This document shows positions 22,034-31,648 of a stretch of DNA of 64,000 bases, piece by piece. Every line of letters begins with the position of its first letter. Within the stretch, counting starts at the first letter, position 1. Under the pieces are notes generated by a model. It worked only from the letters and a program-made list of their open reading frames with translations, was not told where the DNA came from and did not search any database. Origin of the DNA: an uncultured Planctomycetota bacterium. Lineage in GTDB: Bacteria > Planctomycetota > Planctomycetia > Isosphaerales > Isosphaeraceae. The stretch spans positions 367,335 to 431,334 of the forward strand of contig CAWJTV010000019.1 of assembly GCA_963845755.1 (NCBI GenBank), written 5' to 3'. The position numbers and the translations under genes are program-made.

Positions 22034-22149
22034 TCCTGGGGTTTCACACCGGACTGGGCTCCTGCGGCCCTTCAGGCCGCGGGGACGTCGGGTGTTGTGG
22101 GCTCTCCTGGGGTTTCACCCCAGGCTGGGCTCCTGCGGCCCTTCAGGCC
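22034..22149. repeat. Two direct copies of a ~45-bp REP-like half repeat
   Basis: TCCTGGGGTTTCAC..C.G.CTGGGCTCCTGCGGCCCTTCAGGCC at 22034-22078 and 22105-22149. Confidence 0.8.
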
Positions 22150-22257
22150 ACCGGAGAGCGTCGCCGGCATGGCGCGCATGCGCAACCCAAGTGATAGGCG
22201 CTCTAGTCAGATGTCTCCTTTCTCCTCGCTGTCCGCGAGGCCGATGAGGGACCGCGC

Positions 22258-25200
22258 TCAGCTTCCGGTCCCTAAACCCACAGGGCAGGCTGTTCCTCCA
22301 CCTTTTCCTCCTCCCTTTTTCCCCCTCGTGCCTGGCTCACTTCGCAGCAGCTCTTCGGCCTCCGCGCGGAATGCCTTCAATTCGTCCTGATACTGCGACG
22401 GCAAGTCCTTGTGCGCCTCGGTCCACTTCAGGGCTCGATCAAAGCAGTCCCTGGCCTTCAGCGAATCCCCGAGTTTGGCATGGCCCATGGCGAGGAAGAG
22501 CAAGTCAAAGGCGTCGAACTGTCCCTTTCCGGCTTTGAGGCTGTTTTCGAGCGTGGCGATGGACTCTCCATAAAGTCCGTTGCGATACTGGGCCACGCCC
22601 AGCGTATTGAGGTACGCCTGGGAGTCGGGCGCCCGCTGGATGATCATCTTGGCGAGCTCCAGCCCTCGGACCGGGTCGCGCTCGGCCGCGGGGCCGGTGA
22701 GGAGACGCCAGGCCCTGCCATTGAGCTTCCCCGGCGCGTTTCGCGCGAGCTCCACCACCTTCTTGCGGTCGGCGTCGGCGTGGCTCCGGTCGTTCAAGGC
22801 GTCGTAACAGCGGGCGCGCTGAGCGTACAGGTCGGCGTACTCGGGGGAGAACTTCAGCAAGGCGGTGAGGTCCTCGACCGCCTCGGCGTGGCGCCCGAGG
22901 CGCTGGAGGGACTCGCCGCGGGCCCAGAGAGCGTCCAGGTGGCCTGGTTGCTCTAGCAGGACCCAGGTCGCATCGACGACGGCCTCCGCCCAATGGCCGC
23001 GGCGGTGCGCGGCCATGGCCCGCAGGCGGCGAACCTCGAAGTCGTCGGGGCGGATCGTTCGTGCGATCGACAGGTGGGCGAACGCATCCCCAAAGCGCCC
23101 GTCCGCGTGCGCCAGGGCCCCGAGCCGGGCGTGGGCATCGGCGTCGAAGGGATTGACCCAACAGGCGATGGCCGCCTGGATCAGCTCCCACCGGCGCAGT
23201 TGGGCCGCGTCGCTGGCCAGCTCCGGATCATGCACCTTCACGGCGGGCGCCGGCCACGTCATCGGCCGGTCCGTCTGCTCGGGGTACGGAGGCAAATCCA
23301 TGTCCAAACCCAGCTCGGCGAGCTGACTGCGTATGACCCTCAGGTCCCAGCGATAGAGCTGCCGGGACTCCCGGCCGATGGCATATAACCAGGTGCCGTC
23401 GGGGCTGAAGTTCCGCGGCTCGAGGCGAGTCTGCTCAGGGATGCTCAGGCGGGCCATCTCCTTGCCGGTCTCGAAGTTCACCAGCAGGATTTCACCATAC
23501 CCAGCGAGACAGGCGAGCAGCCGGCCGTCGGGCGCGAGCAGGCCGGACGGACAGGGAACGGCTTTGGGCTGCCAGGTGCCGACCTTGCACCAGTACGGCG
23601 AGCGATAGAGATTCGTGGTGTGCAGCCAGATGCCGTTTGCGCTGAAAACTGGGTTCGCAGTCGGATCTACCGGCAACACGGTTATCAACTTGCCCGTTGC
23701 CGCCTCCCAGACCTTGGCGTTCTCACCGTTTGGGTCGTCCCAGTGACTGCCGGTTACAACCCAGCGCCCATCAGGACTGACGTCGACGTGACTCAACTCG
23801 TACTGGGGCCCCAGGGTCAGTGTTCGGAGCGGCGGGCCCAGGTGAACGACTGTTGCGTGCGTCCCGCGCAAACGCCAGCACTCGCCCATCCCGGGAGGCA
23901 CCGAACGGCCTGTTGTCGATCGTTGTCGGCACGGTGTGCTGCGAGGTGACCCTTTGAGGCGGGCCCAGGCGGTAGCTCTCTGGCGAGCCGGCGTCCACGC
24001 GGACCGGCCAGCGGAAGACTCCATTCGCATTCCGACTCAACAGGGCGCCCGAGGCATCAAACCCAAACCGGCCCTCGATCGCCAGGTCCGCCGACAACAG
24101 CCACCCGTGCGGGTATAGCAGGTGGTAGAAGTCGTCCTCGATGATCGCCGGGGTGGCCGAGATCAACACCCGGTGTTCCCGGCCTGGGGCGAATCGCAGT
24201 AACTTGATAGTGTCGCCGGTGGATCGCGCCGCGAGAAACTGGTCATCGCGACAAAGGCTGAGCCAAGACCAGGCGGGCAGATGCCCCGAGCTGTTGCCCG
24301 GCATGTTGAACAGCTGCCTGCCCGTACCGGCGTCCCAGACGCGGAGGAGTCCGCTCCAATCGCCGCTGAGGAGGCGATCGCCGGTCGAGTTGAATCGTAG
24401 GCTGAGGCCGCTGCGAGAGAGCCCCTCATAGGGCAGGGTCAGTTGCTGCCCTGTCTCGCTGTCCCACAGGACGAGTTTTTGCTCAAAGCAGTCGATGGCC
24501 AGCCTTCTGCCGTCTGGGTTCCAGGCGACAGCCGACACGCCGTTGGAGTTGGTGAACCGGGGGGAAAGGAGGGTGCCGCCCTCGACGTCGTAGAGGCGAA
24601 CCTCGACCCCGCAAGCGACGGCCAGGCGGGGAAGGCGGGGGTGGAACATGGCGGCGTACGGGGGAACTCCGACCTGCCACTGCCGCACGACCGCCCCCGT
24701 TTCGGTGTCGTAGACGGTGAGCGTGCCGTCACGGTGGCCGACGGCAAGCTGCCGCCCGTCCGGCCGGAATGCCGTGGCCGACTCGGATATCCCGCGATCT
24801 TCCAGCACCAACTTCGCCTGGGGCCCATCGCAGCGCCACAGCTTCATCCAGTCCGACCCTTTCCCGGCGATGTGCGGGCTGCCCAGGGCCAGAAAACGGA
24901 GGTCCGGGCTGTGCCACTCCCCAGCCTTGGAACTCCCTGCAACGTGCAGCTCCCTTTGCCGCTCCTCCTTCCCATCGACCAGCCGACAGTAATAAGCGTG
25001 GCCATCGTCCACTTGCACGTAGCGCTGCCCGGTCGGGTCGGAGGCAATCTCGGGAGAGGGACTCGCCGTCTTCCATTGGGGCCCGCCATCAGCAATGTCG
25101 GGCAAGCACAGCGCGGCAATGGCCTCGTTGCGCAGCTCGTCGAATGTCTCGGGCGGCTTCCGCAGTCGCCGGGCCAACTGGACCGCCTCCTGAATTGCCT

Positions 25201-26683
25201 CCAGGCTTTTGAATCGCTGCCCGGATCGGCCGCTGTACCGCCGCGCCCGCGCCTCGGCGACCTGGGACGTGAACAGCTTCTCCAGCGCGACGCCTTCCGC
25301 CTGGCGCCGGTAGCCCAGCTCCCGCTCCAAGCGCAGGGCGAACACCGAGGAACTCACGGCCACGACCAGCAAGAGCAGCAGGACGGCGGCCGACAGGCCG
25401 GCCAGCCAGGGATTTCGGCGGCACCAACGCCAGGCTTGCTCGGCGGCGGTGGCGCGCCGCGCATGGATGGGGCGATCGGCCAGGAACCGGCGCAGGTCCT
25501 CCGCCAGCGCCTCGGCCGTCGCGTAGCGCTCCCTGGGGTCCTTCGCCAGGCACTTGAGCACTAGCGTCTCCAGATCGCGCGGGACCCGCGGGTCGAGCTT
25601 GCACGGCGGCCGGGGCGGCTCGTGCTGCACCCGGTCGATGAGCCGGCCCTTGTTCGTGTCGTCGAACGCCGGCCGGAGTGTCAGCAGTTCGTAGAGCGTC
25701 AGGCCCAGGCCATAGACGTCGCTCTGCGCTAGCGACTTACCCTCGAACCGCTCGGGAGCCATGAAGCGGATCGTGCCGACGATGTCGCCGGTCTGCGTCA
25801 GCTCCTCCGTCCCCTCGGCCTTGGCCAGCCCAAAGTCGGCGACCCACACCGTCCCCTGGAGATCGAGCAGCAGGTTCGACGGCTTGACGTCGCGGTGCAG
25901 GATGCCCTGGCGGTGGGCGTAGGCCAGCGCGTCGGCGACCTGGACGCCGAGCCGCGCCACGCCTCGGAAGTACTCCGCCTCGGGCCCGCACGGCGACAGC
26001 CGCGAGGTCAGCGACGAAGGATCGGGGCGTTCGGTCGGCTCGCCGGGATCGGCGACCGTGGGCGAATTGAACTGGCCGGTCAGAAGGCTGTGCGCCACGC
26101 TCCCCTCGGAAGGCAGTGCCTCACCGGCTCCCAGCGGCCGGCGGAGGCGGCGGACGTCGGCCAGCACCTTGTCGAGCCCCTCGCCCTGGATGAACTGCAT
26201 GGCGTAGTAGTGGACGCCGTCGCACTCGCCGACGCCGAAGACGGGCACGATGTTGGTGTGGTGCAGCCGACCGGCCGCCTGGGCCTCGCGGCGGAAGCGG
26301 GCCAGGTACGTCGGGTTCAGCAGCGCCGAGGACGGCAACACCTTGAGGGCCACGTGCCGGCCGAGCGATTCTTGCTCCGCCTCGTAAACGACGCCCATAC
26401 CGCCCCGGCCCACCTCACGCAGGATGCGGTAGTCGCCGAGGCGCTCCAGGTTGGCGAGGGCGGGTATCGCCGGCCGCTCGAAGTCGTCGGTGGCGTCGGT
26501 GGCCGGCTTCAGTTTCTCGATCTGCACCAGCGCCGGAAACAGATCGCGGATGTCGGCGGCGAGGTCGGGGTAACGGTCTGTGTACTCGCTCAGGGGCGGG
26601 TGCTTGCCCTGGCGGTGGCGTTCGACGAAATCCGCGGCCAACCGCTCCAGCACTTCATCGCGGGACGAATTGGACGAGGGCAT
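22258..26683 (-). CDS. Ser/Thr protein kinase with TM helix, WD40-like repeats and C-terminal TPRs; frameshift near 23850
   Basis: GRGGMGVVY, VALK, HRDVKPSN, DFG, GTIRFMAPE; AFRPDGRQLA repeats; YLNTLGVAQYRNG TPR tail in ORF 22258..24030. Confidence 0.92.
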
Positions 26684-26701
26684 TGCATTCCTCCGGGACG
26701 T

Positions 26702-27334
26702 TCAGCCGAAGAACCCGGGCACGGCGTCCAGAATCGCCTTGAGCCGTCGAATCGCCCGGATGTAGCGCTTGCTGGCCGCCGAGGTTTCGATCCCGAGGAC
26801 CTCGGCCGCCTCGATGTTGCTCAGTTCTTCGAAGTGACGCAGCACGACCACCTCGCGGTCGATGGGGTCCATGCTGTTGAGCACCTCGTGCAGCCGAAGC
26901 TGCATCTCCGCCCGAACGGCGGCCTGTGTGGGCGACGTCAGGCCGGCCAGCAGCTGCTGCGCCAGCGACGCGGACGAGGCCGCCGGCATTGGGCCGCGGT
27001 ACAGCGAGACCTCCCGCCCGGCATCGCGCATCTCCGCGCCCAGGTTGCGGCGATGCACATCGACGAGCCGCTGCCCCGTCAGGGACCGCAGCCAGATGTA
27101 GAACGGCACGGTCGGGGAGGCCGCGTACTCGGGGAAGCGCCGGGCCACATCCAGGTAAGTGTCCTGGAGGACGTCCGACGTGTCGATGCGACCGTACAGG
27201 CGGCGATCGAGGCGAAGCCGGACCATCTTGCACAGGCGGTCGCGGTAGCGGGCGAACAGCGTGGCTAGAGCCTGCTGATCGCCCTCTTTCGCCCGCCGCA
27301 GGAGGTCGGTCTCGTCGCTCGCGGGTGCGGTCAT
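26702..27334 (-). CDS. ECF sigma-70 factor, Planctomycete TIGR02984-like
   Basis: [33 protein letters not shown]...[23 protein letters not shown]; directly upstream of the kinase. Confidence 0.9.
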   Translation of the reverse strand: MTAPASDETDLLRRAKEGDQQALATLFARYRDRLCKMVRLRLDRRLYGRIDTSDVLQDTYLDVARRFPEYAASPTVPFYIWLRSLTGQRLVDVHRRNLGAEMRDAGREVSLYRGPMPAASSASLAQQLLAGLTSPTQAAVRAEMQLRLHEVLNSMDPIDREVVVLRHFEELSNIEAAEVLGIETSAASKRYIRAIRRLKAILDAVPGFFG

Positions 27335-27499
27335 GTTGGTCCCCCTTAAGGTATATTCCGCACTGCAGGCCTGCGCGAGGACAGGAAAAAAGGTAGCCGG
27401 CCTGGTGATCAGCGACGGACTCAGCATACTCGGCCGATAACGATGCCAACAGTGACCGTACAAAAGGCCGCTGCCTGCGATGGGATCGTTCCCTGCCGA

Positions 27500-27780
27500 G
27501 CCCCGCGTGCCTACGATCGCCCCGAAGCCGGTGACCAGCGTCTTGTCGGTCAACTGTTGCCCGGCCGCCTTGGCCACGCCGAAGTCGATGATCTTGGGCA
27601 CCGACTTGCCGTCATAGAGGTCAACCAGCACGTTGGAGGGCTTGAGGTCGCGGTGGATGATGCCCTTCTGATGCGCGTGCTGCACCGCCTGACAGACCGG
27701 GATGAACAGTTCCAGCCGCTGCCGCGGCGTGAGGTGGTGCTCGTCGCAGTAGCGGGTGATGGGCACCCCTTGACGAGATT
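27500..27780 (-). pseudogene. Internal fragment of a second Ser/Thr kinase
   Basis: PITRYCD...[24 protein letters not shown]...IIDFGVAKA...IVGT; lacks the N-lobe and the C-terminal subdomains. Confidence 0.85.
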
Positions 27781-27815
27781 ACGGATCACCTGAGCCCAAG
27801 ATCGGCATGCAGGCC

Positions 27816-27860
27816 GGCCGACGAATGGGCCCGAGAACCCCTCGGGCCCATTCGTCGGCC
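27816..27860. repeat. Perfect 20-bp inverted repeat with a 5-nt loop
   Basis: GGCCGACGAATGGGCCCGAG-AACCC-CTCGGGCCCATTCGTCGGCC. Confidence 0.85.
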
Positions 27861-27994
27861 TCTATCTTCCCATCGAGGTCGAACATGACTGACATGCAAG
27901 GTCTGCAACGGTCGAGCACCAGGTCCCAACCTCCTCGGGAAGGCCCGAGCCGGGCATCGCCACCATTCCTGGATTGTCACATCACGGAAGGATT

Positions 27995-28240
27995 CCTGGG
28001 ATGGATGGCGCAGGCTGGCGGGAGAACCGGCTCACCGGCGGATTGATCCTCGACGTTGCCTGTGGCGAACCGCTCGCCACCGGCCTCTGCATGCCCCATT
28101 CACCGCGCCTCCATCGCGGTCAACTCTGGGTCCTGAACTCGGGCGCAGGCGAGCTCTTGCGCGTCAACCCGGCGACCGGCCAACGGGAGGTCGTCTGCGT
28201 CCTCCCCGGCTATCTTCGTGGTCTGAGCTTCGTCAACCGA
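27995..28240 (+). pseudogene. Fragment of a TIGR03032 (DUF4915) family protein
   Basis: GWRENRLTGGLILDV...GLCMPHSPRLHRGQLWVLNSGAGEL...PGYLRGLSF; truncated at both ends. Confidence 0.8.
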
Positions 28241-28265
28241 GTGACACGAGAGGGCAAAAAAAGGC

Positions 28266-28694
28266 TCAGGCCCGTTCCCGCTTTTGGACCGAGCCCAGGA
28301 TGCCCGCGATGGTCGTCTTGGCGAGCTGCTCGTCCATCCGCCGCTCGACCTCGCCATAGACCGCTGTAAGGATGCCCTGGATGTTCCGACCCACCGGGCA
28401 GAGCGGGTTGGGCTCGCTCCGGTGCAGGGCAATCGTCTCGCCCTGCGGCTCGACCGCCCGGAGCACATTCAGGAGCGTGATTCGCCCGGCGGGGACCTTG
28501 AGCCGCCAGCCGCCGCCGATCCCGCCTTGGGACTCGACGATCCCGGCCTCGCGGAGGCGGCCGAGCAGGCGGCGGATGACCACGGGATTCGTGTTGACGC
28601 TCCCGGCGATGTACTCCGAGGTCTGGGCCTGGTCCGGCGTCAATGCGAGCAGGGTCAGGATGTGGACGCCGACGGTGAGCTTGGAACTGAGCAT
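28266..28694 (-). CDS. Rrf2 family transcriptional regulator (YwnA/HypR-like, single-Cys NPxCPVG type)
   Basis: TSEYIAGSVNTNPVVIRRLLGRLREAG; EPNPLCPVGRNIQ; GGAGAG RBS. Confidence 0.92.
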   Translation of the reverse strand: MLSSKLTVGVHILTLLALTPDQAQTSEYIAGSVNTNPVVIRRLLGRLREAGIVESQGGIGGGWRLKVPAGRITLLNVLRAVEPQGETIALHRSEPNPLCPVGRNIQGILTAVYGEVERRMDEQLAKTTIAGILGSVQKRERA

Positions 28695-28708
28695 CGCCTC
28701 TCCGATTC

Positions 28709-28725
28709 GCAACCATAATAGTTAC
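28709..28725 (-). promoter_or_regulatory. Putative Rrf2 autoregulatory operator overlapping a -10-like hexamer
   Basis: AT-rich imperfect palindrome GCAAC-CATAATA-GTTAC about 15 nt upstream of the Rrf2 start; reads TATTAT on the - strand. Confidence 0.6.
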
Positions 28726-29015
28726 GACTGACGTCGCTGTGAAGCCGATCTCCGAGGGGCGACCACCGAGGGCGAAATGTCTCGACCCACCCGGGTTCGC
28801 CACCTTGCCGCCAGGACTTGCCCGATCATCGCCCTGGCCGGATGGGCGGGTCATCCCGGTCGATCGGAGACCGCCTCCCGGCCCACGGCCCCGACCGCCC
28901 TCCGTGGTCGGGAGAGGTCCGTTGGCTCGCAGCTCTCCCTCCCGCGGGCACCCGGCGGGAGGTCGCACACCGGGATGGGCTCCCGGCCTCGTCGGCCGTT
29001 GGTCGCCCGACCGGG

Positions 29016-30152
29016 TCAGGTGTGGCAGACCCGTCGATAGATCGCCTCGTAGCCGGGGACGATGACGTCGGCCGAGAAGCGGTCCCTCGCGCGGCGCCGC
29101 GCCGCCGCGCCCATCGCGGCGCGGCGGGTCGGGTCGGCGATCAGGGCCTCCACGGCCCGGGCGAGTCCGGCCGCGTCGCCGGGGGGTACGAGGAGGCCCG
29201 AGATGCCGTCCTCCACCACCTCGGGGATGCCGCCGACGCGCGTCGCGACGCTCGGGCAGCCGAAGCACATCGCCTCGAGGATGCTCAGGCAGAAGCTCTC
29301 GGAATCGGACGCGAACAGCCCCAGGTCGGCCGCCTGCAGGTACTCCTCGATATCGTGGACGCGCTCCAGCACGACCACCCGGCCCTCGAGGCCGAGCCGC
29401 CGGACATCGTCGGCGAACGGCGCGAATCCCTCACCGGCGAGGATCACCAGGCGGAAGGATTCGCGCAGGCGCACCCGCGCGGCGGCCTCGAGCAGCAGGT
29501 CGACCCGCTTGACCGGGCGGAGGTTCGAGCTGTGCAGCACGACCGCCTCGTCCATCACGCCGAGCTCCTGCCGCACCTCGTCGCGCGTCCGGCGCGTCCG
29601 GCGCGGCTCGAAGTAGTTGTGCACCAAATCGATCGGCCGGTCGAAGCCGAGCAGGCGACGGGTCTCGTCGCGGAGGTACTCCGACACGACCGTGACGGCG
29701 TCGGAACACTCCAGGGCGTGGCGGATCGCCGGGCCGTAGCCCGGGTCGCGGCCGAGCAGGGTGGTGTCGGTCCCGTGCAGCGTGGCGACGACTTTCGGGC
29801 GCAGCTCGGGCGGCAGCATCGATCGCGCGAGGATGGCGGCCGTCGCGTGCGGCACGGCGTAGTGGACGTGCAGCACGTCGAGCCGATGCTCGCGGCTCAC
29901 CTCGGCCATCTTCACGGAGAGGGGCAGGGTGTAGTCGGGGTACTTGAACAGGCCGTAGGCGTTGATGCCCACCGGGTGGTAGCGGACGCGGGGCGCGTCC
30001 GGCGGGAGCCGGAAGGGCCGCTCGTAGCTGATGAAGTGCACGTCGTGCCCGCGGCGGGCGAGGTCGACACCCAGGGACGACGCGAGGATGCCGCTCCCCC
30101 CCACCGAGGGGTAGCAGGTGATGCCGATCCGGAGTGGGCGGTCACAGCTCAT
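29016..30152 (-). CDS. bshA: N-acetyl-alpha-D-glucosaminyl L-malate synthase (GT4)
   Basis: IGITCYPSVGGSG, HFISYERPFRL, LFKYPDYTL, LHVHYAVPHA, TLHGTDTTLLG, HSSNLRPVKR, ESF...LEAM. Confidence 0.9.
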   Translation of the reverse strand: MSCDRPLRIGITCYPSVGGSGILASSLGVDLARRGHDVHFISYERPFRLPPDAPRVRYHPVGINAYGLFKYPDYTLPLSVKMAEVSREHRLDVLHVHYAVPHATAAILARSMLPPELRPKVVATLHGTDTTLLGRDPGYGPAIRHALECSDAVTVVSEYLRDETRRLLGFDRPIDLVHNYFEPRRTRRTRDEVRQELGVMDEAVVLHSSNLRPVKRVDLLLEAAARVRLRESFRLVILAGEGFAPFADDVRRLGLEGRVVVLERVHDIEEYLQAADLGLFASDSESFCLSILEAMCFGCPSVATRVGGIPEVVEDGISGLLVPPGDAAGLARAVEALIADPTRRAAMGAAARRRARDRFSADVIVPGYEAIYRRVCHT

Positions 30153-30153
30153 G

Positions 30154-30891
30154 TTAGAACCGGCTCGCGTTGCGGCCCAGCCGCGCCAGGGAGTCAACGA
30201 CGGGCGGGTCGTTGGGGTAGAGGGCGATGGCGTGGCCGACGCCGGCCCGCAGGCCGTTGACCCGGGCGCGTGTCAGTTGCATCTCGACATAGGCGCGGGC
30301 CTTCACCTGCGTCGCGTGCGCCTGCATCGCGGCGGTCCAGGCGGCCAGGATCTCCGGGGCCGAGACGTCGACGAGGACCGGCGAGACGTCGCGGGGCTCG
30401 GCCCCCGGCGACGTCGCGTAGAAGAAGAGCTGCTCGATCGCGTGCGGGGCGAGTCCGCGCAGCTCGGCGACGCCGCCGTAACGGGCGAGCCGGGTCGCGT
30501 CGCGCACGAGGCGGCCCAGCCGGACATGGTCGGGGTGCTGGTTCTCGACCGGCGTCGGGGCCAGGACGGTGGCCGGACGCAGCCGTCGGATCACGCCGGC
30601 CAGGCGGATCGCGTGCGCGGCCTTCTCCTCGAGGTGGGCATCGCCGTCGAGCTCGATCAGCTCCAAGGACGCGCCGAGCGCTCGCGCGCCGGCCCGGCAC
30701 TCCTCCAGTCGTTCCTCGGGCGTGCCGTGGCTGGCCGACTCGCCGCGCGAGCAGACGACCAGGTGCGCAGGGCGCCCGGCGCGGGACTCGAGGGCCACGA
30801 CGCCGCCGCAGCCGAACTCGACGTCGTCGGGATGACAACCGAACGCCAGCAAGGGCGCCGGCTCAGGTCGGGGGTTCGACATAGGCTTCAT
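30154..30891 (-). CDS. bshB1: PIG-L family deacetylase, BshB1-like
   Basis: AFGCHPDDVEFGCGG, SRGESASHGTPEER, HPDH; immediately upstream of bshA. Confidence 0.8.
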   Translation of the reverse strand: MKPMSNPRPEPAPLLAFGCHPDDVEFGCGGVVALESRAGRPAHLVVCSRGESASHGTPEERLEECRAGARALGASLELIELDGDAHLEEKAAHAIRLAGVIRRLRPATVLAPTPVENQHPDHVRLGRLVRDATRLARYGGVAELRGLAPHAIEQLFFYATSPGAEPRDVSPVLVDVSAPEILAAWTAAMQAHATQVKARAYVEMQLTRARVNGLRAGVGHAIALYPNDPPVVDSLARLGRNASRF

Positions 30892-31648
30892 CAGGTCGCT
30901 CGATCAGGTCGCGGACGATATAGGTGATCTCGGGCGCATCATCCTTCCGGAGGTAATCCTGCTCGCTGGCCCCCGACACGTAGTGGGTGCACCGGATCAC
31001 CGATTGCATCCAGCGCAGCCGGGTGTCGCGCGTCGGGCTGATCTGCTCGCGGGTGTACGCCGCGTCGGGGAGGTCCACGTACTGGTCGCCCCCCTTGTAA
31101 AGCCTGGGACGGCCCTCGAGCAGCCGGGCCCGCACGACTTCGCCCTCGTATGGCACGTCAACGTAGTAGTCTTCCACGTCGCACGCCGCCCGGCGGAAGG
31201 CCGGGTCGCTCGAGCGGGCGACGCGGATGCCGTCAAGCAGGCCCATGTGTCGGTACATCTCCAGGCAGAAATCGGCGACGGTCTCGGCCTCGACCGCGCG
31301 GAACGTCTCGGCCCACTCGGGGCCGACGTAGGGGCGGATCTGGTCGGCGGTGCGGGCCTGCCAGTCGGCGCGGACCCGCTTGAGGTACAGCGGCGAGAAC
31401 TTCCGCTGCACCTGGTTGTCGAAGGCGAAGTTGAGCTGGAGCGGCTCGCCCGTCTTGCGGTGGCGCAGGGTCGTGCGGGTCTCGCGGAAGTCGTGGTCGC
31501 TATCGTGGCAGAAGAAGACGACCTCGCCGCCGATCTCCGACTGCAGCCGCCGCGCCGTGGCGATCTTGGCGTAGAGATAGCGCCGGGGGAAGAAGCCGCA
31601 CGGCTGCTGGCCGAAGCAGATGACGGGGGTGGTCGCGGTCGCGGTCAT
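30863..31648 (-). CDS. Short (261 aa) BshC-like putative cysteine-adding ligase
   Basis: GQQP..FP..YLYAKI, FFCHDSDHDFRE, ISPTRDTR...HYVSGASEQDY parallel the BshC motifs GQQxxxxxGPLY..K, W.A.EDHD.xE and S.NV..RP...GPGEI.Y; sits in an operon with bshB1 and bshA. Confidence 0.7.
   Translation of the reverse strand: MTATATTPVICFGQQPCGFFPRRYLYAKIATARRLQSEIGGEVVFFCHDSDHDFRETRTTLRHRKTGEPLQLNFAFDNQVQRKFSPLYLKRVRADWQARTADQIRPYVGPEWAETFRAVEAETVADFCLEMYRHMGLLDGIRVARSSDPAFRRAACDVEDYYVDVPYEGEVVRARLLEGRPRLYKGGDQYVDLPDAAYTREQISPTRDTRLRWMQSVIRCTHYVSGASEQDYLRKDDAPEITYIVRDLIERPDEAYVEPPT

Noticed and set aside
22034..22149. Possible mini CRISPR array (two ~45-bp repeats with a spacer)
   Set aside because: Only two units, REP-like sequence, and no cas genes.
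26702..27766. Apparent kinase-sigma factor fusion (354 aa)
   Set aside because: The kinase part is an internal fragment followed by a non-coding-like linker; the sigma factor has its own start at 27334.
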